DNA of 64,000 bases from an uncultured virus (IMG/VR IMGVR_UViG_3300013121_000030) (taxonomy: Duplodnaviria > Heunggongvirae > Uroviricota > Caudoviricetes). The translations under genes and the position numbers were made by a program. The stretch's first letter is position 1, and every line of letters starts with the position of its first letter. The stretch covers positions 170,245 to 234,244 of IMG/VR virus record IMGVR_UViG_3300013121_000030. One strand, 5' to 3'. Positions 47,325-56,997 of the stretch are shown piece by piece. Below the pieces are notes generated by a model. It was not told the DNA's origin and made no database searches. It was given only the letters and a program-made list of their open reading frames with translations.

Positions 47325-47955
47325 AGTCTCCATCCCACTCATTCCTCTCGACACAGCCCCTCTTCCAGTCCAACATGGCTACGCTCTCTTCGGAGCCCTC
47401 AGCACCCAGTTTGGTGGAGCGATCCATGAGACACCATGCCAGATCGCTCCCATCCGGGGGAACTTTGTCCCCGGGGAGAACGCCCATCTAGTCATCCCGT
47501 CGCCACATCCAAATGCTCCGTTCAATCCTCGTATCCTCATCAGGACCGATGAGATGAGCGCCGGGGCATTTCGTTTCACACGGCCCAAGCTCCTTCAGGT
47601 GGCGGGCAAGTTCTTCGCCTTGCAGCCCCCGAGGATCCAGGGGATTATGCCGTGGGCCCATCTCTGGGCTCGATGCGTTACCTTTTCGGGGGCTCGGGAG
47701 CGGGCCCACTTTGAAGCCTGCCTTCAGAAGGATTTGGGGTGGCTGGATCCGACGAAGATTCGGATTGGCCGGAGGAGGGTCGTGTCCGTCAAGGACCTCG
47801 ATTATGTGGGGTACGAGGTCAAGCTCTCGCAGCTCTCCCCCGAGGAGTCCTGTGCAATCCAGGCTTCGGGAGTAGGCGGCAAGAAGCATATGGGAGCTGG
47901 TGTGTTCCTGGGCACCGCTCCTGCGTTCTTCGGGGCACAGGACTACGTCCCCTGA
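47314..47955 (+). CDS. cas6: Cas6 (MYXAN-type)
   Basis: LPVQHGYALFGALS; C-terminal G-loop QASGVGGKKHMGAGVF. Confidence 0.9.
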   Translation: MIVEVSIPLIPLDTAPLPVQHGYALFGALSTQFGGAIHETPCQIAPIRGNFVPGENAHLVIPSPHPNAPFNPRILIRTDEMSAGAFRFTRPKLLQVAGKFFALQPPRIQGIMPWAHLWARCVTFSGARERAHFEACLQKDLGWLDPTKIRIGRRRVVSVKDLDYVGYEVKLSQLSPEESCAIQASGVGGKKHMGAGVFLGTAPAFFGAQDYVP

Positions 47956-47982
47956 TACCCCAGACTTTCCACGGAGGGAAAG

Positions 47983-50181
47983 ATGCTGCACGCAAAGAGT
48001 GTCAAGGACAACATATCTCTGATTCGGCATTCCTTGGAGACGGAGGAGGCCGCATCTGCCCTCTTTAAGGGGAGATTTTTCCAGAACTGGTGCAACTTCT
48101 TTCAGCTCAAGGACCCTGAGCGCTATCTCCTCCACGTGCGGGTCGCGGCGGTCTTCCATGACCTTGGGAAGGCGAACTCTGGATTTCAAAACGCAGTAAA
48201 AACCAACTCCATCCGATACCAGCCCTACCGGCATGAACACCTCTCAGCGATGATTTTGCATCTTCCTGAGATGCGGAAATGGCTGGGAACAGCGCCCGGG
48301 CTGGATGTAGATGTGGTGTTGGCGGCAGTGTTGGGTCATCACCTCAAGGTGACGGATGACCCCAGCGATGGCAAATACAGGTGGATGATCTTGCGGATGG
48401 GACAAACACAGCCGCCGAAGATCTATTTGGGGAACGCGGAGGTCCAGGGAATCTTTCGTCGTGTCCAGGAAATTGCTGGGGTTGGGGACCCCCCTTCTCT
48501 TTCCTTGTCAGAGTGGGGATGGAAGGAAGGTCAAATGTGGGAGGCTTCGGCGTTCCAGGCCGCCTTCGCGTTTGCCAGACGGAAGCGTGGTTTCACAGAC
48601 AAAACCTTCACAGCAGCCGTAAAGGCAGGAGTCATCCTTGCAGACACGGTGGCTTCGGCGCAAACTGCCTCTGGGAAGATCTCGGAGTGGATTGAGGAGG
48701 TGATCCATCGAGATCCAGCGGATCCGTCTGTGATCCACACAGAGATCTTGGCGCACCGTCCTTCTTCAGACCCAGGGAAGACCTCCTTTCAGGATGAAGT
48801 GGCCAGGCTTGGGGATCGGGCCATGGTGTTGGCAGGAACGGGCTCCGGGAAGACCCAGGCCGCCTATCGATGGGCGTCTGAGGTTCTCGGACGTCACCCA
48901 CGCAAGCATGTGGTGTTCTTGTATCCGACTCGGGCGACCGCTGCTGAGGGGTTCCGAGGATATCTCCATGCCCCGTGGGCAGAGTCAGCTCTCCTCAGTT
49001 CGTCGGCCCGCTACGATCTCTTGGGGATGGCGGATGGTGAGCCCCATGAGGAAGATGAGCAACAAGATCGGTTGCGGGGGTTGGGGTTGTGGGGCAAGAG
49101 CTTTTTCAGCTCGACAGTGGACCAGTTCCTTGGGTTTCTGACAAACACCCGAACGGGGATTGTCCTGCTCCCTGTATTGGTGGATGCGGCACTCATCTTC
49201 GACGAAGTCCACGCCTATGATGATCTCCTCTTCGGTCATCTCCTAGCATTTTTGGAACATTTCAGGGTGCCTGTGCTGTGTCTCTCGGCCTCTCTCCCCG
49301 AGGCCCGAAGGAAGGCACTGGAAAGACTCGGGGTGGAGGTTTTCCAAGACACCCCAGACATTCAGCATCGGCAGCGGAAGCGGCACCTTGTCTCCCCAGT
49401 CAACCAAAACGATGCTTTTGTTGCGGCCTCGAAGGCACACGGTCGTGGGGAGAAGGTGCTGTGGGTGGTCAACACAGTTGCCCGGTGCCAGGAAATTGCT
49501 CGGGAGGTGGGGATCGAGCCATGGTTTTTGCCATACCACGCCAGATTCCGACTCATGGACCGAGTGGCGCGGCATCGTGCGGTCATGGATCTCTTTGAGA
49601 AGGATGGTCCCTGCGTGGCAGTGACCACACAGGTTTGCGAGATGAGCTTGGACCTGGACGCTGACCTCTTGATCACAGAGGTCGCACCCATTCCCTCTCT
49701 GATTCAGCGGTTTGGTCGCTCTGCTCGGTTGGGGAGCCAACGGACGTCCGAAATCCTGTGGTATGACCCCCAAAAGGATGGGAGGAGTCTCCGTCTTCCT
49801 TACGAGGAGAAGGAGATGAAAAGGGGCGAGGATTTTTTGAAGAGACTTTCGGGGTCTTCATGGGTTTCTCAGGAAGACCTGGCGGCACTCATGAGCGCTC
49901 TGGAGCCGGGACGTGGGGTCATCGTGGACGATCCGAAGTTCATCAAGGATGGATACTTCGTGTCCAAGGGCGACCTCCGAGACATTCGGAATCAAGCCGA
50001 GGTGGTTCTGGATTCCGATGTGGAAGAGGTCCTTCGGCTTCGGGGAGAGGGAAAGCCTATCGACGGGTATGTCCTCGCAATTCCCAAGGGATCTGCACTC
50101 CAAGTGGATCCTCGCCTGCCACGCTATCTGAAGGTGGCCCCCGCTTCAAACTACACCACGGAGTTCGGATATGACGCATGA
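47983..50181 (+). CDS. cas3: Cas3 HD nuclease-helicase
   Basis: FHDLGK, HE, GHH, LAD; GTGSGKT, DEVH, SAS, TTQVCEMSLDLD, QRFGR. Confidence 0.95.
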   Translation: MLHAKSVKDNISLIRHSLETEEAASALFKGRFFQNWCNFFQLKDPERYLLHVRVAAVFHDLGKANSGFQNAVKTNSIRYQPYRHEHLSAMILHLPEMRKWLGTAPGLDVDVVLAAVLGHHLKVTDDPSDGKYRWMILRMGQTQPPKIYLGNAEVQGIFRRVQEIAGVGDPPSLSLSEWGWKEGQMWEASAFQAAFAFARRKRGFTDKTFTAAVKAGVILADTVASAQTASGKISEWIEEVIHRDPADPSVIHTEILAHRPSSDPGKTSFQDEVARLGDRAMVLAGTGSGKTQAAYRWASEVLGRHPRKHVVFLYPTRATAAEGFRGYLHAPWAESALLSSSARYDLLGMADGEPHEEDEQQDRLRGLGLWGKSFFSSTVDQFLGFLTNTRTGIVLLPVLVDAALIFDEVHAYDDLLFGHLLAFLEHFRVPVLCLSASLPEARRKALERLGVEVFQDTPDIQHRQRKRHLVSPVNQNDAFVAASKAHGRGEKVLWVVNTVARCQEIAREVGIEPWFLPYHARFRLMDRVARHRAVMDLFEKDGPCVAVTTQVCEMSLDLDADLLITEVAPIPSLIQRFGRSARLGSQRTSEILWYDPQKDGRSLRLPYEEKEMKRGEDFLKRLSGSSWVSQEDLAALMSALEPGRGVIVDDPKFIKDGYFVSKGDLRDIRNQAEVVLDSDVEEVLRLRGEGKPIDGYVLAIPKGSALQVDPRLPRYLKVAPASNYTTEFGYDA

Positions 50182-50737
50182 CGCACCCATCCAATGTATT
50201 TCGGAGCGAGAGGCTATCCGAAAGCGTTCCGCGTTGTACGTCGGGACAGGAGAGAAGGCTCTTCTCAAGCTTCTTGGGGCGAGCCTCTACTTTTGGTCGG
50301 AGGGATATCCCACCACCACTTCAAGAGTGGTGGTGTCGTACGGATCTGATGGGAGATTTGGTGTTGATGAGGATGGGGAGGGGATTTCTCCAGAGGAACA
50401 TCCCCTCTTGAAGTGCTCTATCCTGGAGTCACTGCTCACAAAAATGGGTGGCGGTTCGTGGAACAACCTTCCGATTGTGAACGCCTTGAGTTCTGTCTGC
50501 TCGCTCCAGTCCCATTGGCACGGTGAAGTGTGGGAAATCTCCAGCCGTCAGGGGGTCCTTGAATCCCCGCCTCAGTATGTCGGGAAGACGGACCGGACAG
50601 GAACGGTTCTCGGGTTCATCCCGGACCCTGAGATCTTCGGCGACATTCGAGTAAGTGGTCTGGCCCTACGGCAATATTTGGACGAAATCCGGGCTGGGCT
50701 TCAGCCTGGGGATTCCATCCTCCTCAAGAATTCGTGA
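50171..50737 (+). CDS. Stand-alone GyrB/ParE GHKL-like fragment within the cas operon
   Basis: EAIRKRSALYVG, VDEDGEGI, IVNALS, TGTVLGFIPDPEIFG; lacks the ExxDN motif. Confidence 0.75.
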   Translation: MTHDAPIQCISEREAIRKRSALYVGTGEKALLKLLGASLYFWSEGYPTTTSRVVVSYGSDGRFGVDEDGEGISPEEHPLLKCSILESLLTKMGGGSWNNLPIVNALSSVCSLQSHWHGEVWEISSRQGVLESPPQYVGKTDRTGTVLGFIPDPEIFGDIRVSGLALRQYLDEIRAGLQPGDSILLKNS

Positions 50738-50743
50738 CGTGAC

Positions 50744-52279
50744 ATGGCAATGAAAGTCATCTTTCCAGATCCTATCCAGCTCCAGTACGACCTGAATGAC
50801 CTCCCGGATCCCATTGAGAGGGCAGGGTTGGTGTCGGTGGTGGTCTTGAGTGCGTGGATGAAGGACCCACGGATCAACTGTGATTTTGTGGCCCCTTCGG
50901 GGGTGTGGGAAGTGGTGGTGGACGGTTCCAAGGTCATGCTGACTTTGAACTTCGAGGGGTTGCAGACGTTTTTCCGGTTTGCGTGGCCGGCAAAACCCAT
51001 CGACTATGGCAAGTGGGTGGCCAAAAATATCCAGAGTCTCATTGATCACAAAAAGAGGCCGCGCACCCAAGAAGAAGCTGAGGCGGAAACCCGGGAGGAA
51101 TGGGAAAAGGCTGTTCAGGACGGAACCCAAGACACGCTGGATCCACACGTTGCGTATACCTTCCTAGCCAGGGTGGGGGACCCTTCGTGGGAAGAGCCCA
51201 CATTGGGGGGTTTCAACCTGCTCCTCGGGTCGTTTACGGGGAGGAAGGCACTCCTGGAGTTTGGGAACAAGGCCACACTATTGTGGGAAAGTCTCTGCAC
51301 CGAAGAGAATGTGGAGTTGGTGGGGTACTTGGCACCTGGCCAAGAGAAGATTTGTGGCAATGGGGAGACCCCAAGCTTTGCTGCGGACAAGGCTCTGATC
51401 CGTTACTTTGCGCCCATACTCGCTATCTTTCAAAAACCTGGGTGGATGGTCATTCCTCTTTGGAATGCTATCCCGGACCCTGATGAAGTTGCGCGAGCCT
51501 TCCAGAGTCGTTCCTCTCATCCCGAGAAGAGTTGGCCCAAGACGATTGAGGAAGCTTCCAGTGCAGTCCTCTCAATGTTTAGGAACAATTTGGCACTGGA
51601 CTGCTTTGAGAGCGTTGTGGGCTTGAAGGTGAAGAAAGGAGATGTGATGCTCATTCGAGCATACAAAATCCTTTCGAGGCAAGGACTCCTGGATTTGTTG
51701 GGGCCCGCTGGCGCTCTTTATCAGAGCCAAACTTTCCGCGAAATGTACATCAAAAACTCCAGGGCGGGTAAGCCATGGTGGACAGACCTGGACTTGTACC
51801 TTCCGCCTCCTTCGGGGAAGAAGACGAAGGATGTGAACTGGGAATTCGTTCACTTTGTCAAGGATATGGAAGCAATGCTCAATAGCGAAAACCACAGCAA
51901 TTCTGGTGAGGATGCTGCCGAAGACCACAACAAGCCATTTTCTCTTCAAAGAAGCTTGAAGAGTATTCTGTGGGCTTCTCAACAGCAGATCGTAGCTTCT
52001 GTTGAAGAGCCCAAAAAGAAGGATCGGGCACTCAAGTGGGCTACAGAGATCCTCTACACCTTCCAGGGCATTCGGACCCACGAAATGTTTGTGGAGCAGT
52101 TCTTGCTCAGATTCATGCGGGGAGGAGGGGTGCATTTCAAGTGGGCCGAGGAGTTTGGGGATTGCCTCACGGATCCCCGAAAATTCCCAGAGCTGAAGGC
52201 ACGGTTCCTCATCCAGGTGTCCTCCACAATCAACAGTCTCAACTGGTCACCAAAAACCACCGCGAACACACAAGGATAA
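50744..52279 (+). CDS. cas8: Cas8 (Cmx8-like large subunit)
   Basis: LQYDLNDLPDPIERAGL N-terminus, GKPWW, and position before cas7. Confidence 0.7.
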   Translation: MAMKVIFPDPIQLQYDLNDLPDPIERAGLVSVVVLSAWMKDPRINCDFVAPSGVWEVVVDGSKVMLTLNFEGLQTFFRFAWPAKPIDYGKWVAKNIQSLIDHKKRPRTQEEAEAETREEWEKAVQDGTQDTLDPHVAYTFLARVGDPSWEEPTLGGFNLLLGSFTGRKALLEFGNKATLLWESLCTEENVELVGYLAPGQEKICGNGETPSFAADKALIRYFAPILAIFQKPGWMVIPLWNAIPDPDEVARAFQSRSSHPEKSWPKTIEEASSAVLSMFRNNLALDCFESVVGLKVKKGDVMLIRAYKILSRQGLLDLLGPAGALYQSQTFREMYIKNSRAGKPWWTDLDLYLPPPSGKKTKDVNWEFVHFVKDMEAMLNSENHSNSGEDAAEDHNKPFSLQRSLKSILWASQQQIVASVEEPKKKDRALKWATEILYTFQGIRTHEMFVEQFLLRFMRGGGVHFKWAEEFGDCLTDPRKFPELKARFLIQVSSTINSLNWSPKTTANTQG

Positions 52280-52286
52280 CTCATCC

Positions 52287-53201
52287 ATGGCTAAGCCCAA
52301 GTCCAAGTCCACAGTCATGCCCACGGAACACTTCCATCCGAAGGGTTCCAAGAGTGTCTTCTTCTCGATCCTCACCCACGAGGGCCCTTCGTCGAACTAC
52401 CGTGGTGAGGGAGACGGCTCCTCCACGACACATCTCCAGAGGATCCACTGGAGAGGCAGCGACCACACTGTCGTCTCCGCAGAGGCAATCCGGAATGCGC
52501 TGAGGGATACTCTTCGGTATCTTGGGCTCCCCTACAATCGTTCTCGTGTGGAGAACTCGGACAAGCCCACAGTTCACTTCAAGGAGAGGTGCAACGAGAA
52601 CCTGTACGCCGATGATTTCATCTTTGGCTACATGCTCACGAAGCCGGACCACCACAAGCGAGACTCGATCATCCGTGCCAACAAGGCGATCGCCATTGCT
52701 CCCTTCAAGTTTGAGAGCACATTTCACCAGTCGCCACACACGGATTTGGAGGGCACCGCGGAATGTGCCCTTCTTCGGCATGAAGTAGTGTCGACGAGCT
52801 ACCAGTTCCCGCTCGCTTTCCGGGCGTCGGACTTCATGCGGGCTGGGGAGACCGCAGTGGAGTGGGGGAAGGCACTTCTTCAGGCTGTTGGCCAACTGAA
52901 CGATGTGGCGGGCAATCGTGCTCGAAGCTACTTCGAATTCAGCCCCAAGTCCATGGTGGTCCGCTGTACCACGCGGCTGGCCGCAGGATTTGACTACTAC
53001 GGCTTCCGTCCTGATGGGACCCATGCCGTGGTCGATGCCATTCTCCGTGGAGAAGTGGATGGCAAGGGATTCTTCATGGCCGGAGAGATTGTCTCTCTTC
53101 TGGACAAGGAGACCAAGGAAGCTCTTGCGAAAAAGGACGTGAAGCTCATCCATTCTGTGGAGAAGGCTCTGGACGATCTCGCAGGGGAACTCTTCCCATG
53201 A
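52287..53201 (+). CDS. cas7: Cas7 (DevR-like)
   Basis: SNYRGEG, VSAEAIRNALR, DDFIFGYM, VAGNRAR..FEFSPKSMV. Confidence 0.9.
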   Translation: MAKPKSKSTVMPTEHFHPKGSKSVFFSILTHEGPSSNYRGEGDGSSTTHLQRIHWRGSDHTVVSAEAIRNALRDTLRYLGLPYNRSRVENSDKPTVHFKERCNENLYADDFIFGYMLTKPDHHKRDSIIRANKAIAIAPFKFESTFHQSPHTDLEGTAECALLRHEVVSTSYQFPLAFRASDFMRAGETAVEWGKALLQAVGQLNDVAGNRARSYFEFSPKSMVVRCTTRLAAGFDYYGFRPDGTHAVVDAILRGEVDGKGFFMAGEIVSLLDKETKEALAKKDVKLIHSVEKALDDLAGELFP

Positions 53202-53881
53202 ACCCGGTCTGGATTCGCGTGAAGGCCCCGTTTGGGGCCTTCCGCCCTCTCTTCTCAGGTGGAATGGGCAGCATTCGGCCCACCACACCTGTCATCTCTC
53301 CTTCATCTGCATGGGGTCTCCTGCACAACATTGCAGGCCAGAATCAAAGAGGAGACCTTTCCAGGGTCCAAACTCCGCTCATCCCCAAGTGGGATATGCT
53401 GATTGCGGTGGGAATGGTGGGGTCGCCATCGGTGGAATCGTTGTTCCAGCAAATCCATGTGGTCAAAGGATCCGCCACTGCGGAGGAGAGGGAACAATTT
53501 CCCCACGGCCAGAAGTTCAGCATCACCCCAGTCCATCGAGAGTTCCTGGTGGACGTGGAGCTGATCCTGGGTGTGATGGCAGAGGATGAGTTCGTGGATC
53601 TCCTTCGAGGAGGTATCCGGGGGGAGCATGACGACCGCTACGGTCTTCCGTTCCTTGGGGACAACAATTACTTCCTGGAGGTCCTTGAGGAGATTCCTGA
53701 GCCTCCGTCCTCAACTACATGGTACGTGCCCTCCCCAGGCAATGAGTGGGTCCACGGTGCGGTCCAGCTCTCCATCTGGGCAGGTCGTGGGGTTTGGGAG
53801 GCCAAGAGTGCCGTCTTTGTGCCCCACCAGGCACCACTCCCTCCCGAAAAAGCCTGGATTTTTTATTTGGGTAGTGAGTGA
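53198..53881 (+). CDS. cas5: Cas5 (MYXAN-type)
   Basis: VKAPFGAFR...SPSSAWGLLHNIAG...REFL...RYGLPFLGDNNYF. Confidence 0.9.
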   Translation: MNPVWIRVKAPFGAFRPLFSGGMGSIRPTTPVISPSSAWGLLHNIAGQNQRGDLSRVQTPLIPKWDMLIAVGMVGSPSVESLFQQIHVVKGSATAEEREQFPHGQKFSITPVHREFLVDVELILGVMAEDEFVDLLRGGIRGEHDDRYGLPFLGDNNYFLEVLEEIPEPPSSTTWYVPSPGNEWVHGAVQLSIWAGRGVWEAKSAVFVPHQAPLPPEKAWIFYLGSE

Positions 53882-54140
53882 CGGATTTTCACCCACAAGA
53901 CGCTCATCTCCATGCCACATGGACCACATCTTCACTGGGAGATCCATGGGTTTTCTGTCCACCCCGTTGTGGAAATCAGTCGGCGATCTTCACGTCGGCG
54001 ATCTGCTGAGAAGTGGGTGAGGCGGCGGCGCCTGGATCGGATGGTCCTCCAGGCGGATCCTTCTCCCTCTTCACGTGTTCGCTGAGGTGGCGCAGATACC
54101 GCTCCTTTACCTCCGGCCCAACGGCCGGAGGGCTCGGGGA

Positions 54141-54169
54141 GTGTAAAATCGGAGGCAACGTGCTACACT
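54141..54169 (+). promoter_or_regulatory. Phage promoter motif (leaderless ATG at 54177)
   Basis: GTGTAAA-N11-CGTGCTACACT. Confidence 0.7.
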
Positions 54170-54426
54170 GTGGAGCATGAGCGAAACGCAACCCTCCGAG
54201 GACAAAGGGGCCTATGTAGGCCCAAAGGAGCGTCAGCGCTGCCCGCGCCATCCTACACGGTGGGTTATCTTTCGGTGGGTGGGTCCAAGTGAGGAAGATT
54301 CAGAGCCAGAGGTTCTTCGTCCATGCGCTCGCTGTCAGGACGAGGACCTGTGGTCAGTTTTCCACGAGGAAGACTGAAAAAGTCGTGTAACCTTCTATCG
54401 GGCGTGCTATACTACATACATCCCAT

Positions 54427-54499
54427 GCTGGCGTAGCTCAGTTGGCAGAGCGGCTGCCTTGTAAGCAGCGGGTCGGGGGTTCGAGTCCCTTCGCCAGCT
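54427..54499 (+). tRNA. tRNA-Thr(TGT)
   Basis: GCTGC-CTTGTAA-GCAGC; promoter motif 54385-54413 upstream. Confidence 0.93.
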
Positions 54500-54570
54500 T
54501 TCAGACAGAACAATAGCGAGCCCCCATCCCATGCTCAAAACATGGGATGGGGGCACATCCCCAGGACAAC

Positions 54571-55176
54571 ATGTCTCATTTCACACTCAACTCTCTGATC
54601 CAATCGCCTGGAAACCTTTTGGTGGTGAGGAACACCAATGGTCCAGTCCAAGTCAAGGTGGACCCTTTTCTTCCAGCGATCAAGATCGAAGCCCTCGTTG
54701 AGGGCGACGATGAGGAGGAGTGTCGCTCCGTCAAACTGGAGGTTTCCTCGACCCCATCCTCCAACACCGTGACGGTCAAGATGCCCAAAGACGTGAGGCC
54801 ATCCGAGCGTATGGCTCGGGGTTCGACCGTCATCAACAACTTCAACCAGCTCGGTGGGTTCTCCGCTCCGGGGGCGGTCTTCAACGTGCGGGGCGACTTC
54901 GTGCGGGGGAAGACAGTGATCAACGGTGTTGTCCAGAGCCCCCCGAACCCACCGAACGGGGTTCGAGTGAGTCTGTCCCTTTGGGTCCCAAGTGTTCAAA
55001 ACTTGGACATTTCCTCAACCAACGGGGACATCGTTGTCCAATTTCCCTCCGGGTGGAGGGGAGAGGTCGAAGCCTCCACCACCAACGGGAACCTCCACAT
55101 CCCACAACACCCCGCGGGAGAAGGTTACTTTCGGCTCTCGACGGTCAATGGGGACATCATTCTCCGCCAGGTGTAA
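54571..55176 (+). CDS. DUF4097-like beta-solenoid protein
   Basis: Repeated S/T-TNGDI, TTNGNL and TVNGDI. Confidence 0.6.
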   Translation: MSHFTLNSLIQSPGNLLVVRNTNGPVQVKVDPFLPAIKIEALVEGDDEEECRSVKLEVSSTPSSNTVTVKMPKDVRPSERMARGSTVINNFNQLGGFSAPGAVFNVRGDFVRGKTVINGVVQSPPNPPNGVRVSLSLWVPSVQNLDISSTNGDIVVQFPSGWRGEVEASTTNGNLHIPQHPAGEGYFRLSTVNGDIILRQV

Positions 55177-55205
55177 CCTGGACGTTGGCGTGCTACACTG
55201 AGGCT

Positions 55206-55541
55206 ATGAAGATCGAGTCCATCCACGATCCCACTTCCCTCGTCAAGTCCGCCCATCAGATCCATGTGGGCGAGAATTGTGTGACGGTGGTGCTCCATTT
55301 CAAGGAACCTCCGTTTTTCTCCTACGTTCGTGGGGGAAACCTCATTGTCAAGTTCGAGCGCTTTGAGGACGGTGTCGTTGGCGGAGACCTGGTAACTCGT
55401 GTCGTCGGCGCAGTTCATCAGGTGGTGATAAAGTGCTCCACTCCCGTGTGTAGCTTCTGGGACAGTCGGCAGGGTAGCGACCTGACTTTGATCCTCTTCG
55501 GGGATGGAATCCTTCCCTGGGAAGAGGTCAAGATTCGGTGA
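55206..55541 (+). CDS. Hypothetical protein (leaderless)
   Basis: Promoter 55171-55199 with ATG 6 nt after the -10. Confidence 0.55.
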   Translation: MKIESIHDPTSLVKSAHQIHVGENCVTVVLHFKEPPFFSYVRGGNLIVKFERFEDGVVGGDLVTRVVGAVHQVVIKCSTPVCSFWDSRQGSDLTLILFGDGILPWEEVKIR

Positions 55542-55544
55542 GCC

Positions 55545-56054
55545 ATGGGCCATTTCCTCATCCCCCCGCTGCGTATTCCAAACGTCCAGGGACGACCATT
55601 CAAAACGGTCGTTGTGGACAGCCTGGATCCTCTCACGATTCGTTCCTTCTGGCATCACCCAGAGGACGTGATGGAGCCCCACAGTCATCCCTGGGACTTC
55701 ACGCTGGAAGTCCTGTCAGGGAACATCGTGATGTTGCGGTTCACAGCCCCAGAGGGCCACTCCAGGTGGGAGTGTGATCGTCCAGCTCCGGTGAGGTGCG
55801 AGGAAGTCTCTCTTCGCCAGGGAGAGACTCTGGAGGTGCCCCAGACCGCATACATTCGCATCGCTGGGGTGGCGCCTTCCACTGTCACCCGAATGGTGTG
55901 CGGCCCCCATGAAGGGGGGTGGGGCTACCTGGATATGTTCTCCGGAGAACACATCCCTTCGTTTATTGACCCCAGGTACCAGGCTCGGTTTCGAGCCCTC
56001 AATCCCGATGCAAAAGACCCTTTCGCCAAGCACGCCCGTGACCTCCCCATCTGA
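55545..56054 (+). CDS. Cupin-like protein
   Basis: PHSHPWDFTLEVLSG. Confidence 0.55.
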   Translation: MGHFLIPPLRIPNVQGRPFKTVVVDSLDPLTIRSFWHHPEDVMEPHSHPWDFTLEVLSGNIVMLRFTAPEGHSRWECDRPAPVRCEEVSLRQGETLEVPQTAYIRIAGVAPSTVTRMVCGPHEGGWGYLDMFSGEHIPSFIDPRYQARFRALNPDAKDPFAKHARDLPI

Positions 56055-56414
56055 CAAACAAGTCGCGCTCTGGGCAATCTCTTCGTATCGAGGGGACGCA
56101 ACCTGGCTGGTCCATTCCTCCCCTGTTGGGGGGCTCGCAGGGGAAGTATGGGAGGGCCTTAGGGCATACTTCGTCGCCTCTCCTTTCATCCGGGCAATCC
56201 AATGCGCGATTGCCGAGCTGCGGGGAGAGGTGGCAGTGTCCATCCAAAGCCAGGAACTTGGTCGCCTTCTCTACCAAGAGAAGGCAGAGGAGTTCTTGCG
56301 GGCGATGTATGTCGCCCATAATAATGGGCTGATCCCGTTCGGAGACGACCCTGCGGCCATCGAGGCGTGGGTGTCTGAGCACGTGGGTTCTGGGACTATT
56401 TCAGCCTGCTAAGC

Positions 56415-56756
56415 ATGCTCGTACCAACTCGGTTCAGGAACCTCATGGTCGCCTTCACCAAATCCTCAGCACTCAAATTTGAGCCAGCGCTCCTCGAAAC
56501 TGAGGCCCTCAACAACCGAGGACCAAATTCTGTGGGCTCCAAGGTGTGGCGCATCATGGATGCAGAGGGTCCACGTCCTCAGCGAGTGGGCACAATTACG
56601 TTTCATCCCTACTCGTCGAGATTTTCCGTCGATCGATGGGTCTCGGACGCGGACCCTGCCTACAACCTGGGCTATTTTCAGGCAGGGAAAGACGAACAGA
56701 AGGACCTCAAAAAGGCCTTGGACCTGTTCAAGAGGAACCGGGCTTCCTTCCAATAG
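56415..56756 (+). CDS. Hypothetical protein
   Basis: 113 aa ORF. Confidence 0.5.
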   Translation: MLVPTRFRNLMVAFTKSSALKFEPALLETEALNNRGPNSVGSKVWRIMDAEGPRPQRVGTITFHPYSSRFSVDRWVSDADPAYNLGYFQAGKDEQKDLKKALDLFKRNRASFQ

Positions 56757-56997
56757 AAGCCCTGGCAAAGAGGATTAGTTCTCCCCCTGCGGATCTGAGG
56801 GGAAGCAAATCCTCCGATCGATGCCTGTGTGAGCCGCACAGGCGCTCAGCTTGCAGGACACTCCTCCTTCGGAGGAGGAGCAGCAGGCAAAGACAGCAAC
56901 CTTGATGCTGCCTGCACTTCCCTTCAAGATGGCGGAGCACTCCTCCGCATCCGAGGACTCAGTTACGCATGAGAAATGAATCTCACCCTTCTCAGGG

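Noticed and set aside
50171-50737. Functional DNA gyrase subunit B
   Set aside because: Only 188 aa; lacks the catalytic ExxDN, transducer and TOPRIM domains
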